Made by a program: the position numbers and the translations under genes
Shown: in pieces, positions 49,178-58,518 of the stretch
Numbering within the stretch: the stretch's first letter is position 1
How the letters are laid out: each line of letters begins with the position of its first letter
IMG/VR virus record: IMGVR_UViG_3300043425_001634
Coordinates: 27,508-91,507 of that record
Strand: one strand, 5' to 3'
DNA: 64,000 bases
Source of the DNA: a virus
Notes under the pieces: model-generated
What the model saw: only the letters and a program-made list of their open reading frames with translations
The model's database searches: none
Told to the model about the DNA's origin: nothing

Positions 49178-50632
49178 ATGTATCCATCCAGATCGTCGAG
49201 TCAGCAACAAAACCAACCTAAAAATTACAAGTGGTATAATCAACCGATCGCTTCAGGTTTAAAGCAATTGTGGGATGAAATTAATCCTTTCAATGCCGCT
49301 CCAATACAAGGGAGTCAGCGACCGATTTCTGGGGTAATTTATTCCGGAGACGAGTCAATCTATGATCGGAATTTTGACCTGGAGATCCGCGAACTTCCGG
49401 TGCGTGACGCTCAGGTTGCCAGGGAGTTGATTCACTTTAAAGAAAATTGCTCATTGGCCGCAACCGCGATCGACATTATCGCAGATCGGCTGGACTCATC
49501 TAGCGATGGGGACGACATCGGATTTATTGTGTCAAAATTCTTGGGAGACGGGACGCCAATCGATTCAGAAGTTTACGCAATTCTGAGAAATTTAATTTCC
49601 GAGGTAATTGGCGGCGACGCATTGCAACGCGCCCCCCACCAAATGCTTTATTTCGGCGATGCCTTTGCCTCAATTTCAATCAATTGGTCAAAAAAACAAA
49701 TTGAGCGCCTCATGTTTTTGCCTACATGGGAAATGTTTCGGATTGAAAGCAACGATGGCATTTTGCTTGGATTTGAACAACGGACAAGTGTCGCTGATGC
49801 GGCGGGGATAGTGTTCCATCCGATCCGGTGCGTCCATTGGCGACATCAGCCCGAAAAACTTTACGGTATCTCCCTGTTTTACGAATCACGAAAAGACTGG
49901 TTGCTATTGCTGGAATTGCAACAACAACTTAGGGATGCCACAAAAACTTTAGCCCATAATCCTTTGATTCACAAATTACCTTGCGACTACGGCCAAACGG
50001 CGATCGAGGATTATCGTGCGGCATATCAAGAGAGAATCAAGCGCGGCATTATCACTGATTTTTTTGTGCAAAATGACGCAGAAATTAAACGACTTTCTAA
50101 TTTCAATCCAGACTTAGCAGGGATTTTGCAAGAAATCGACCACGTTCTTTACCAAATTGCCCGTCAATCACAAGTTCCACCTTGGTTGTTAGGGCTGCCA
50201 GCGATCGGCGCAAGAGAAATTAGCTATGCCCCAGAAAGGCATTTTGGCTTATTTCTAAATAAGCGCCGTGCCGAAATCACTAGGGGAATTAGATTTTTAT
50301 GTGACCTAGAATTAGCGCTGCATGGAATTAAGAATGCCCAATATAGAATCGTCTGGCCTCGAATTTATGTTCCCCATACCTTTGGGCAAATGAATCCAGA
50401 ATTTGATGAAATGAACACAGAGGATCAAAATGTTCTGGACTTAGACAAAAAACTTTATCGCAACCAGCAAAAAGAATTTGATGTCGCTCAAAAAACAGGT
50501 AATAAAATATTTATTGGTGAATGTGAAAGATATCAATTTACAGGCCAAGGAACTTACAACCGCAGAAGTATAATCACACCCACTGGATTACAAGAATTAA
50601 AAAACCAATACCGGAGTGAAATATATGCCTAA
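49178..50632 (+). CDS. portal protein
   Basis: 484 aa; LYFGDAF, CVHWR...LYGISL, VPPWLLG; next to terminase and minor head. Confidence 0.85.
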   Translation: MYPSRSSSQQQNQPKNYKWYNQPIASGLKQLWDEINPFNAAPIQGSQRPISGVIYSGDESIYDRNFDLEIRELPVRDAQVARELIHFKENCSLAATAIDIIADRLDSSSDGDDIGFIVSKFLGDGTPIDSEVYAILRNLISEVIGGDALQRAPHQMLYFGDAFASISINWSKKQIERLMFLPTWEMFRIESNDGILLGFEQRTSVADAAGIVFHPIRCVHWRHQPEKLYGISLFYESRKDWLLLLELQQQLRDATKTLAHNPLIHKLPCDYGQTAIEDYRAAYQERIKRGIITDFFVQNDAEIKRLSNFNPDLAGILQEIDHVLYQIARQSQVPPWLLGLPAIGAREISYAPERHFGLFLNKRRAEITRGIRFLCDLELALHGIKNAQYRIVWPRIYVPHTFGQMNPEFDEMNTEDQNVLDLDKKLYRNQQKEFDVAQKTGNKIFIGECERYQFTGQGTYNRRSIITPTGLQELKNQYRSEIYA

Positions 50633-50777
50633 TATAGACCCTAGCATCAATACAACGCTAATTCCTTTCGAGGAATTGATCAAGGAAAGTAAATTAACAA
50701 AGGAGAAAGTCTTAGCAATTATTGAAACGCTACCACCTTCGCTGAAAGCATTTTTAACGGCAGAGAATCGGCCATGA
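50625..50777 (+). CDS. small hypothetical protein (50 aa)
   Basis: MPNIDPSINTT...; overlaps the portal stop and the next start (ATGA). Confidence 0.55.
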   Translation: MPNIDPSINTTLIPFEELIKESKLTKEKVLAIIETLPPSLKAFLTAENRP

Positions 50778-51421
50778 GCGAAGAATATTGTTTTAATCAA
50801 AAAACACAGCGCTATCATCACCGATCTGGTTCTTTGAAAGGAAAAATGGTTTCCGGTGCAACGGTCACTCAATCTCGTGAAAATTTTATCTCCGAAAGCA
50901 CCGATAATCTTTTAGCGCTAACTAAGCAGTTGACCACTGAAAAAAAATCCCTTAAAGAGTGGGAAGAACAAGCAAGTCAAATTTTGACTCGGCAACACGC
51001 GATTAGCTACCTATTGGGTATTGGAGGGGAGAAAAATTTAGAAGATTCAGATATTGAAGCGATCAATAATCGGGTAAAGTCCGAATTGATATATCTGCGT
51101 AGATTAAGTAGCGACTACGAAAAAGGACTTGTTTCTGATTCTCAATTAAACGCCCGAATCAAAATGTTTACGAGATCATCTCGCGGGACTTACGAAGGGG
51201 CTAAACAAACTTCTCACAAAAAAAACGGTTTTCTCTGGGAACAAAGAATTTTGACAAAAACAGAAAATTGCAATCAATGTTACGAATATTCTTTGAGGGG
51301 ATGGCAACGAATCGGTGTACTGCCCCCACCCACAGTCGCCTGTAATTGTCGATCAAATTGTGGTTGCTACAAAATTTATAGCAACCAACTATTCCCGGAA
51401 GATGCAGCGCAGCCGCCATAG
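50774..51421 (+). CDS. minor head (MuF/gp7-like) protein
   Basis: Follows portal; C-terminal C..C...W...G.LP.P...C.C..NC.C. Confidence 0.75.
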   Translation: MSEEYCFNQKTQRYHHRSGSLKGKMVSGATVTQSRENFISESTDNLLALTKQLTTEKKSLKEWEEQASQILTRQHAISYLLGIGGEKNLEDSDIEAINNRVKSELIYLRRLSSDYEKGLVSDSQLNARIKMFTRSSRGTYEGAKQTSHKKNGFLWEQRILTKTENCNQCYEYSLRGWQRIGVLPPPTVACNCRSNCGCYKIYSNQLFPEDAAQPP

Positions 51422-51497
51422 AGGGTATAATGTAAATCTCCATTTATTTGGTTTGCACCTGGCTAGATTTGGCCGGGTGTTTTTTTGTGGAATCTTC

Positions 51498-51728
51498 TTA
51501 GGGTCGCCCGTAAAATTCTCCTTCCCAATCAAGCAACTCTCCAGGGTGGCATCTCAGCGAATGACAGAGACGCTCCAGTGCGTCCCCAGAAAGCTGCTTT
51601 GGCGGTTTCTGCCGCAATCGACAAACGTGCTGGAGAGAAAACCCGGTTTCTCTTGCTAGGTCTGCGTTCGTGACCCCCTTTCTGCCATTACCACTTTCAA
51701 TCTCCAAACTAAGCCCATATTGACACAA
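51498..51728 (-). CDS. Cro/C1-type HTH regulator, possibly N-terminally damaged
   Basis: TNADLARETG.S...V.RLR...LSGDALERLCHSL.C.PGELL. Confidence 0.65.
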   Translation of the reverse strand: MCQYGLSLEIESGNGRKGVTNADLARETGFSLQHVCRLRQKPPKQLSGDALERLCHSLRCHPGELLDWEGEFYGRP

Positions 51729-52000
51729 GTAGTACGGTTGACAATTACAACTTAACTGATCATGGTAATTAAATCAACCAATAGGTTGATTTACTAGCTT
51801 ATTTGTTTATTTTTTTGATATCTCTTGACAATAGCGTGTTAGTGCGCTTTTGTGGATGAAATGACTCCTAAAAGCAGTGATTGAGTTCATTCTCAAGAAT
51901 TTGGGTGATGATGCCTCGATAAAATCCGAAGCGCTTTCGGATAAGGTTCTTTGACAAAATAACAGACTAATATGTTACTGAACACATAAGCAAAAAAACA

Positions 52001-52789
52001 GGCGTTGCACATCTATGGTAGGATAAGGGGGTAGCCTCTACCCCTAGAGAAGATGATTTGTCCTAAGTGTCAGTCCACCAATATCAGTAAAAATGGCTTG
52101 AAGAGAGGAAAACAGAACCATATATGTAAGGATTGTGGTCGTCAATTTATCGACGTCTATTCTCCAGTCGGTTATCCCGAAGAAGTTAAACAACACTGTG
52201 TACATCTCTATCTTGAAGGGAATGGATTTCGCCGGATAGAAAGATTAACTGGAGTTTGTCATAACACCGTGATTAATTGGGTAAAAGCTGCGGCCAATAA
52301 TTTACCTTATGAACCTGATTATCAAGAGATTCCTGAAGTCTCTCAAGTTGATGAGTTACAGACTTATGTGGGTAAAAAAAACAGAAAGTCTGGGTCTGGA
52401 CTGTTGTAGATAAAAGGTTCCCAGGCATTTTAGCGTTTGTGGTCGGAGATAGGTCGAAAGAAACATTTAAACTGTTATGGAAAATAATTCAAGGTTGGGA
52501 ATGTTTCTTTTATGTCACGGATGGCTATGCAGTTTATCCTCAATTTATTGATGAACTTGACCATATAGTTAGCAAGCCCTTTATGACTCGGGTAGAAGGA
52601 GAAAACACGCGATTAAGACATTATCTAGCCCGCCTCCATAGAAAAACTTTATGTTATTCAAAATCTGTAGAAATGTTAACGATTTCTATCAGATTGCTTC
52701 TGTACTACCTGAAACATCGGACTATACCCCTGCCCAATTGAAGGACGGGATCCCTGTTTAATTCCATCCTACCATAGATGTGCAACGCC
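52001..52789 (+). mobile_element. IS1-family insertion sequence (789 bp)
   Basis: Perfect 24-bp terminal inverted repeats GGCGTTGCACATCTATGGTAGGAT (52001-52024, 52766-52789); no target duplication visible. Confidence 0.93.
52053..52741 (+). CDS. IS1 transposase (InsA-InsB fused by -1 frameshift)
   Basis: CPKC..CKDC zinc ribbon and HTH; A8C tract at 52374-52382; DE / TDG / VEGEN.RLRH DDE motifs. Confidence 0.9.
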
Positions 52790-53618
52790 GTGGTTGCGAT
52801 TTTTGCTTGATGGCGGCACGAATACTGCGATGCGCTGCCGCTATTTTTTCAGGAATTGGTGTAGAAGCGGGGACGGAAACTGGTTGACGGGGTGCCACCT
52901 GGCTAGAGATAGTCTGACGGCGAACTGGCGGCTGAACAATCTTTTTACCCAAAAACACTCCAGCGGGTGTTTCAATGATTTGCAGTCCCCCTAGGTCAAA
53001 GTTTTTCAAGTCATCGTGCTGTAATGCTGAAATTCGTTTGGCGATGTACTCCGCTTGACCGACGCTTACTTTGATCGGAGCCAAGCTTGACTCCCAAATT
53101 TCTTTTGCTACCAACACGGGATCGGGCTTGATCTCTTCTCCCGCTTGAGTTTTAAGAATTTTATTTACCAAATTGTTACTGAAGGCGGCAACCATGTCAG
53201 TGTGCCGACACTGCTTTTTGTCTATAGGGGCAAAGTAATGACTTTTACAATTGCAACTTATACTAACCTTATCCTCCTCTTGGGAAATATAAATATTGGT
53301 TGCGTAATTCTTATTATTTTTTTTCATTTGGTCTGCATTTTTTGTGGCGAACACTTTCCAGTGTATCCACACCTTGTGTTCTTCTGTGGGAATCAACTGA
53401 CAGCACAAAATATAATCAGATTTTTTCAAAAATTGGCTGCGGATCTTACCTTCGGATCGGTAGACGATCCACGGCTGACCTTTTTTGGTTAGCCCAAATT
53501 TGATCACCTCAACGCTATCGTTTTTAGCAATATCGTTAATTATTAAGATATTTGTATTTTGCAGGACATTTTGCCCCGATATATGGTAACGACCATTATT
53601 TTGTGCTAAAATGTACAT
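52790..53618 (-). CDS. SWIM zinc-finger protein, C-terminally truncated by the IS
   Basis: CNC...C.H; the reading frame runs into the IS end and stops at 52758. Confidence 0.7.
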
Positions 53619-53710
53619 GGCATTAACCTAATGTGTTGAATATGGAGCCATAATAGCGCACTAATATGCTATTGTCAATAGAGGCTACGCTATTATGGCT
53701 GCTTTTTTTG

Positions 53711-53980
53711 CTATTCTAGGATTGGTTGAGACTCCATGTCTCGGTAGGGTTGAGCTATATCTTCTGGAACTTCAAATCCTTGAGAGACAAGGGATTCGAT
53801 TATAGCTTTTCGGAGTAGGTCTTTGTTGGCTTGGCGAATCAGGTGATAAATAACTTCCTCTACTTGAAGACCGATAACTTTGTTCCGTGGGTAATTGAAC
53901 CCCTTTTTAAGCTTAAAAGAATGCCTACGAATTTCGGGATTGCCCGGTTTACCGGGATTACAATTATTAGAATCTGCCAT
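53711..53980 (-). CDS. small hypothetical protein (possible DNA-binding)
   Basis: 89-aa ORF. Confidence 0.6.
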   Translation of the reverse strand: MADSNNCNPGKPGNPEIRRHSFKLKKGFNYPRNKVIGLQVEEVIYHLIRQANKDLLRKAIIESLVSQGFEVPEDIAQPYRDMESQPILE

Positions 53981-54042
53981 ATTTTAAGATATGTTGGGCT
54001 TACACCCAAAAAATAGCACAGTTTCACGCTATTCCCCCCTAG

Positions 54043-54243
54043 CTATTCCCCTAGTGTTTTTTGCAGATCCTCTACCTTTTGCCTGAATTCTTCGGCAGCA
54101 GGATCGGGGGCAAAAAAATTTTCGTACACCCAGAAACAGCCGGTTCCCAGCACTATCAAAAGAAAAACCGCCGATGCTAACTCGTTAATGGTAAAGTCAG
54201 GTTGCAACGGGTTTCGATTATCGTCGTCATCCTCTCGTTTCAT
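54043..54243 (-). CDS. small single-TM protein
   Basis: LASAVFLLIVLGTGCFWVY. Confidence 0.6.
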   Translation of the reverse strand: MKREDDDDNRNPLQPDFTINELASAVFLLIVLGTGCFWVYENFFAPDPAAEEFRQKVEDLQKTLGE

Positions 54244-54308
54244 GCCTCTTTGCCTTGTTAAGTTTTTAGTATTGTAATCGGTATGGTGCAGGTAAAAACA
54301 TGATCAAC

Positions 54309-54695
54309 CTAATCAGGCAGAATCGACATCATCAGCCACTTCTGGCTGATGTCTTCCACCGGAAAAGCGAAGAACCGCAGGGTGGGTTCTTCGCTATGTG
54401 CAAACAAACCCTTCCATCTCTCCCGGACGATCTTTGCGGAAACAACATCCTGGGCATCCGACGGAAGTACAACCAGGTCAAGCCGCTTGGGGTAATAAAG
54501 CCCCCCGCGAGTTTTTCCCTGGGTAATTCTTAATAAAATTTTTTGATGACTTACCCAAGGATCCGACACGGGGGATACAATCCGAACGGCATCAGTGGCT
54601 TTATCCGCCCACTGAAAGCGACCCGTGTGCCTCGGAGCAATTTGATGATAATGATTTTGACTGGGTAGAATCGCAGAAATTTTTAATACTTGCAT
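54309..54695 (-). CDS. hypothetical protein
   Basis: 128-aa ORF. Confidence 0.55.
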   Translation of the reverse strand: MQVLKISAILPSQNHYHQIAPRHTGRFQWADKATDAVRIVSPVSDPWVSHQKILLRITQGKTRGGLYYPKRLDLVVLPSDAQDVVSAKIVRERWKGLFAHSEEPTLRFFAFPVEDISQKWLMMSILPD

Positions 54696-54749
54696 ATACT
54701 TGTTAATAGATAGAAATCGGCGACTTCTAAGTGTCGCCGATTCGGTATT

Positions 54750-55622
54750 TTAGTTAATTTCTAAAGAATCAACTAAGTCCGACAAATAATCGAAGAAGTT
54801 GTTTGTCCGTTTTTTCTGTTTTTTCTGTTTTTTCTGTTGTAGCTCATTATATCGCCTAGAGTTTTCGGCATTGAATAGACCAGGATCTATTCCGAGTTCT
54901 TTATCTAAAATGAACTCAATCAACCTGTCTCGACATCGATCGATTAACGGTTTTAAACACAAAATAGCTTCATTTTCATTGCTTTCGTTCACAGACAAGA
55001 CAAATGGAAAGTTTTTCTGGTGAACTTCTCTCAGACCCAGCTTGATATAATCCAAATTGCTATCCATGCAGTAAAGCCACAACGTACTAAATAATACGTT
55101 GTAGTCGGCCAACAACGCATATTTCGTTTTTGCTATGTCCTCCTTTTTTAGCTCCAGGAAGTGTTCCTCCGAGGGAATATACATAGAGGAGTATTTGTAA
55201 AAAATATCGGAATTTTGAACAGCATATTGCTGCTCTGTTAAATACTTCTGCCAAGAAGTAATTCTGCCTTCCTCTCGTTCTTCAAGATAAAGGTGTATTG
55301 CCAATTTACTTCCTGGGAAATCATTAAGACCCGTGGGAAATATGATATTGTCCGCATAAGTGTCCACAAGGTGATATCCCCAAGAACATGGGGGTACTAC
55401 TCCCAAACCATTAATCCATCCGCCTGCGTCAACTTTAAACCAAGCTAACCTTCCGCGAATCTGACCCTTTCTCTTTCCGCGACTGTAGCGACCAACTATC
55501 TCTACAATTTCCTGCTCTGAAAGACCTAGCTTCTTTTGAGCTAGATCAATTCCAAACTCGCTATTTAGATAGGCACTTTTGTCTACTATCTCTGCGCGAA
55601 AAGCGTGTTCTCTTCTTGCCAT
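54750..55622 (-). CDS. hypothetical protein
   Basis: 290-aa ORF; 9-bp (QKK)x3 repeat near the end. Confidence 0.7.
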   Translation of the reverse strand: MARREHAFRAEIVDKSAYLNSEFGIDLAQKKLGLSEQEIVEIVGRYSRGKRKGQIRGRLAWFKVDAGGWINGLGVVPPCSWGYHLVDTYADNIIFPTGLNDFPGSKLAIHLYLEEREEGRITSWQKYLTEQQYAVQNSDIFYKYSSMYIPSEEHFLELKKEDIAKTKYALLADYNVLFSTLWLYCMDSNLDYIKLGLREVHQKNFPFVLSVNESNENEAILCLKPLIDRCRDRLIEFILDKELGIDPGLFNAENSRRYNELQQKKQKKQKKRTNNFFDYLSDLVDSLEIN

Positions 55623-55767
55623 TGTCGATCAAGGCTGAAATAGCCTCGGTGAAATACTTTACTCAATAATCGCATAACTTCAGTCTGCTGTCCAGGTCTT
55701 AACGATCCTATTTTAACAACAGGTAACATATTTGTTACAGGCAACAACAAAATAAATGACAAAGTGC

Positions 55768-55797
55768 TTGCCAAAATCAGGAAAGATATGATAGAAT
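55768..55797 (+). promoter_or_regulatory. sigma70-type promoter for the putative ncRNA
   Basis: TTGCCA-N18-TAGAAT with extended TG; predicted start about 55804. Confidence 0.65.
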
Positions 55798-55803
55798 TAA
55801 TTC

Positions 55804-56320
55804 GGGAATAAGGATTTCTTTGTTCCCATCCGAGAGTAGTCCGGGGAATCCGGCTGAACTCTCGTACCTCTACCGGCGGCTATTAAGCCGCAAGCGGATT
55901 ACGGGTATCTGATTAAATTGCCGGGGCAATTCTCCCCCGACCGGGAAACCGGGCTGATATGAAAGCAAGAGATTTAGTCAGGTGGCTAGGGATGGCCGGT
56001 AAGTGCGAGGCGTCGTCTAATGAAAATAAGACAAAAAATACTCGGTTGTGGGGCTCAACACCGGCTATCCACGTAAATAGGCTCCTGTGGTAAATACGCA
56101 GAGAAATCTAAAAGGGAACAGACTCTTGAATGAAATAGTTCAAATAGCCAAGAATAACTGTTCTTGTGTCGTTTAGATCAGAGGAAAAGGGCGGCTCTCT
56201 TAGGGGAATTAATTAGCAAGAATTACTGAACCCGGCTTGTTACTGGACCAAGGATTTAAGTTGAAAAAACTAAATAATTAAACCTTATATTTTTTACTGC
56301 TTTTAAAAGCGGTCAATAAA
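55804..56320 (+). ncRNA. putative large structured non-coding RNA
   Basis: No ORF >=60 aa; nested helices with G-U pairs, GAAA tetraloops and multiway junctions; 3' end uncertain. Confidence 0.65.
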
Positions 56321-56586
56321 TTTTGACCCTTGATTGGCAGTTACGCAACACTACGTCTTTTAAGATTTAGTGAGATTTGCTGTGTTTAAAAATATTTTTT
56401 TAGTAAGAAATAAGGGTAATGGGGGATAGAATATTGTTTTTGAGTGACGGTTGAAGTGATCGCGGATTAAATTCGCCCCATTTCAGATGTCCAAGGTAAA
56501 AAGACAAGCGATCGCCCCGCATCTTGAGGGATAAAGGTTTTAGGTGAGCCAATCTCCCAAAGGCAATAGGTTTGAGGTGAAAGAGG

Positions 56587-56636
56587 ATTTGTTTAATTTC
56601 CCTATATAAGGCTATATATAGGGAAATTAAACAAAT
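56587..56636. repeat. 22-bp-arm AT-rich palindrome (candidate origin)
   Basis: ATTTGTTTAATTTCCCTATATA-N6-TATATAGGGAAATTAAACAAAT; homologous to 16684..16729. Confidence 0.75.
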
Positions 56637-56937
56637 TAAACCTACTCACTCACTCTTATCCTCTTAATCCTGGGGCGGGTCTTGTCACCCAAACAGGTTT
56701 TTGTTCACCTTGATCCGTAGGGCGGCTGGCGACGATGTGTGGTGGACTAAATGTCTCTAAACAATTCCTTGCCATTGCCTTAAGCCGGAGCGTGATCACG
56801 GTTGGGTTATTTTCAACCTGTGGAGGTGGCTGACATAAGGCGTCAAAATATAAGAAAAATTTATTCACAAAAAAACAGACCCGGAATAGCCCTGGTCTGT
56901 GATTGTATGTTTTTTATTTGATTATTGTTTTTTTTGA

Positions 56938-57336
56938 TCATCCTTCGTAGTCAGGATGGTAAAGGTTGCAATATACTTGTTTGTATGCGGAGATTAAGCA
57001 CCTGATATATGGAGAGTCTTGACCAATCCCTTGCCAGAAAGCAGAGTCATCAGCATATTCGCAACTTTCCAGCCATTGAAGACCCCCACGGTCTTCAATG
57101 GCGTCAAACAACTTTATATGTTGCTCAAGCTTTTTCTGTATAAGCAGGGTCATCGTGCGAGTGTCATTTTCACCATCCTTTTGTGCTTGATAGGCTGCTG
57201 CCAAATCTCGATAGCTAATACCACAAGCTTGAACCTGGTATGAATGACGCAACAGGCCATTCAATTGGGCTGCACTCGCAAGAGTAGAAAGTGCAGCACT
57301 AATCCCCGGTCGCTGGCAGGTAATTTTGTAAATCAT
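56938..57336 (-). CDS. hypothetical protein
   Basis: 132 aa with AAGGAG RBS. Confidence 0.7.
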   Translation of the reverse strand: MIYKITCQRPGISAALSTLASAAQLNGLLRHSYQVQACGISYRDLAAAYQAQKDGENDTRTMTLLIQKKLEQHIKLFDAIEDRGGLQWLESCEYADDSAFWQGIGQDSPYIRCLISAYKQVYCNLYHPDYEG

Positions 57337-57594
57337 TCTTTTCTCTCCTTAACTTAATTTGCTGTCCCTATTCGGGAATGCGATCGCCCGGTTCCGACCC
57401 CGGCTGAGGCATCCAGTATGCGCGATCGCTAAATGTTTGACTTATTTAACAAGACTGACGGGTGATGGTCAGCGGCAACCTGCGATCATAGTGGTGGGGT
57501 TGTTATCCCTGCTCAATCTTCTCGTAAAGAGGCTTGCCGCACTCTGTTACCAGTTGTGACAGATCCTGCAAAGGGAACCACTCAATATTTTGAC

Positions 57595-58366
57595 TTTGTA
57601 AGCCGCGCCCCCGTCAGGGGCTACCGAAATCGCTACATCTTATTTGTTCATCCGGTGTTACGCCGGGTAGTGGTTTCGAGCGTTAGTCGCACTTTTTCCA
57701 TACAACAGGAACCACAGATTTGTCTGCTATTGGATCAAGATAGGGAGACTTGTCCTTTGACACATAAACGTTACCTGTGCTGTTGACAAATAATTCACCA
57801 GAATTAAACGCTGTGTAGCGATCTTGATACCATTGCCCGTTAAACTCACACCCGTTTTCTGAACAATGAGCAATTGCCTCGGCTTCGGAAGCGTAAAAGG
57901 CATTATATCGCCCTGATTCATAAGTCGCATATACAGTAGACTCATTAATCTCAATCTGCTCTTGCGAAGAGCAAGAGCGAAAACGATCGATAGCAGTGGC
58001 AGCAATGCTTTGACTATTCATAATATTTTCTCCGTTTGTTTCTTTCATGACTGTTGTTTCTTGATTTTGTAAGCCGCGCCCCCGTCAGGGGCTACCGAAA
58101 TCGCTACATCTTATTTGTTCATCCGGTGTTACGCCGGGTAGTGGTTTCGGTGGCTGTTGTTTCTTGATTTTGTAAGCCGCGCCCCCGTCAGGGGCTACCG
58201 AAATCGCTACATCTTATTTGTTCATCCGGTGTTACGCCGGGTAGTGGTTTCGGTGGCTTTCTTTTTGCCATGTTCTATTGACTTTGTAAGCCGCGCCCCC
58301 GTCAGGGGCTACCGAAATCGCTACATCTTATTTGTTCATCCGGTGTTACGCCGGGTAGTGGTTTCG
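57595..58366 (-). repeat. four identical 84-bp direct repeats
   Basis: Copies at 57595-57678, 58066-58149, 58169-58252 and 58283-58366. Confidence 0.95.
57683..58048 (-). CDS. hypothetical protein bracketed by 84-bp repeats
   Basis: 121 aa; probable start at the second ATG (58021) after GGAG. Confidence 0.7.
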   Translation of the reverse strand: MKETNGENIMNSQSIAATAIDRFRSCSSQEQIEINESTVYATYESGRYNAFYASEAEAIAHCSENGCEFNGQWYQDRYTAFNSGELFVNSTGNVYVSKDKSPYLDPIADKSVVPVVWKKCD

Positions 58367-58391
58367 GTGGCTTTCTTTTTGCCATGTTCTA

Positions 58392-58420
58392 AATATATTG
58401 CACCCTTTTGGATTTGTCAA
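58392..58420 (-). promoter_or_regulatory. sigma70 promoter driving the repeat array
   Basis: TTGACA-N17-TATATT. Confidence 0.7.
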
Positions 58421-58518
58421 GCGCTTTTTTATAAAAATCCAGGAAAGGCTGTGAGATATCCCTGAAGGTCTTGTATGACCTGTGTTACAGTGGGGTGGTA
58501 TGGTATTGAGGCTTATTT

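Noticed and set aside
55804-56320. Group II intron, RNase P RNA or tmRNA
   Set aside because: A GTGCG occurs at 56003, but there is no domain V, no interrupted gene, no GAGGAAAGUCC and no tRNA-like ends.
56587-56636. Protelomerase (telRL) site
   Set aside because: The centre is not symmetric, no protelomerase is seen in the window, and the homologous copy lies within the rep gene.
57595-58366. CRISPR array
   Set aside because: Repeats are 84 bp, spacers are 19, 30 and 387 bp and reuse local sequence, and no cas genes are present.
58157-58465. Plus-strand ORFs across the repeats (also 57556..57786)
   Set aside because: They are antisense to the promoter and neighbouring genes and arise from the repeat sequence.
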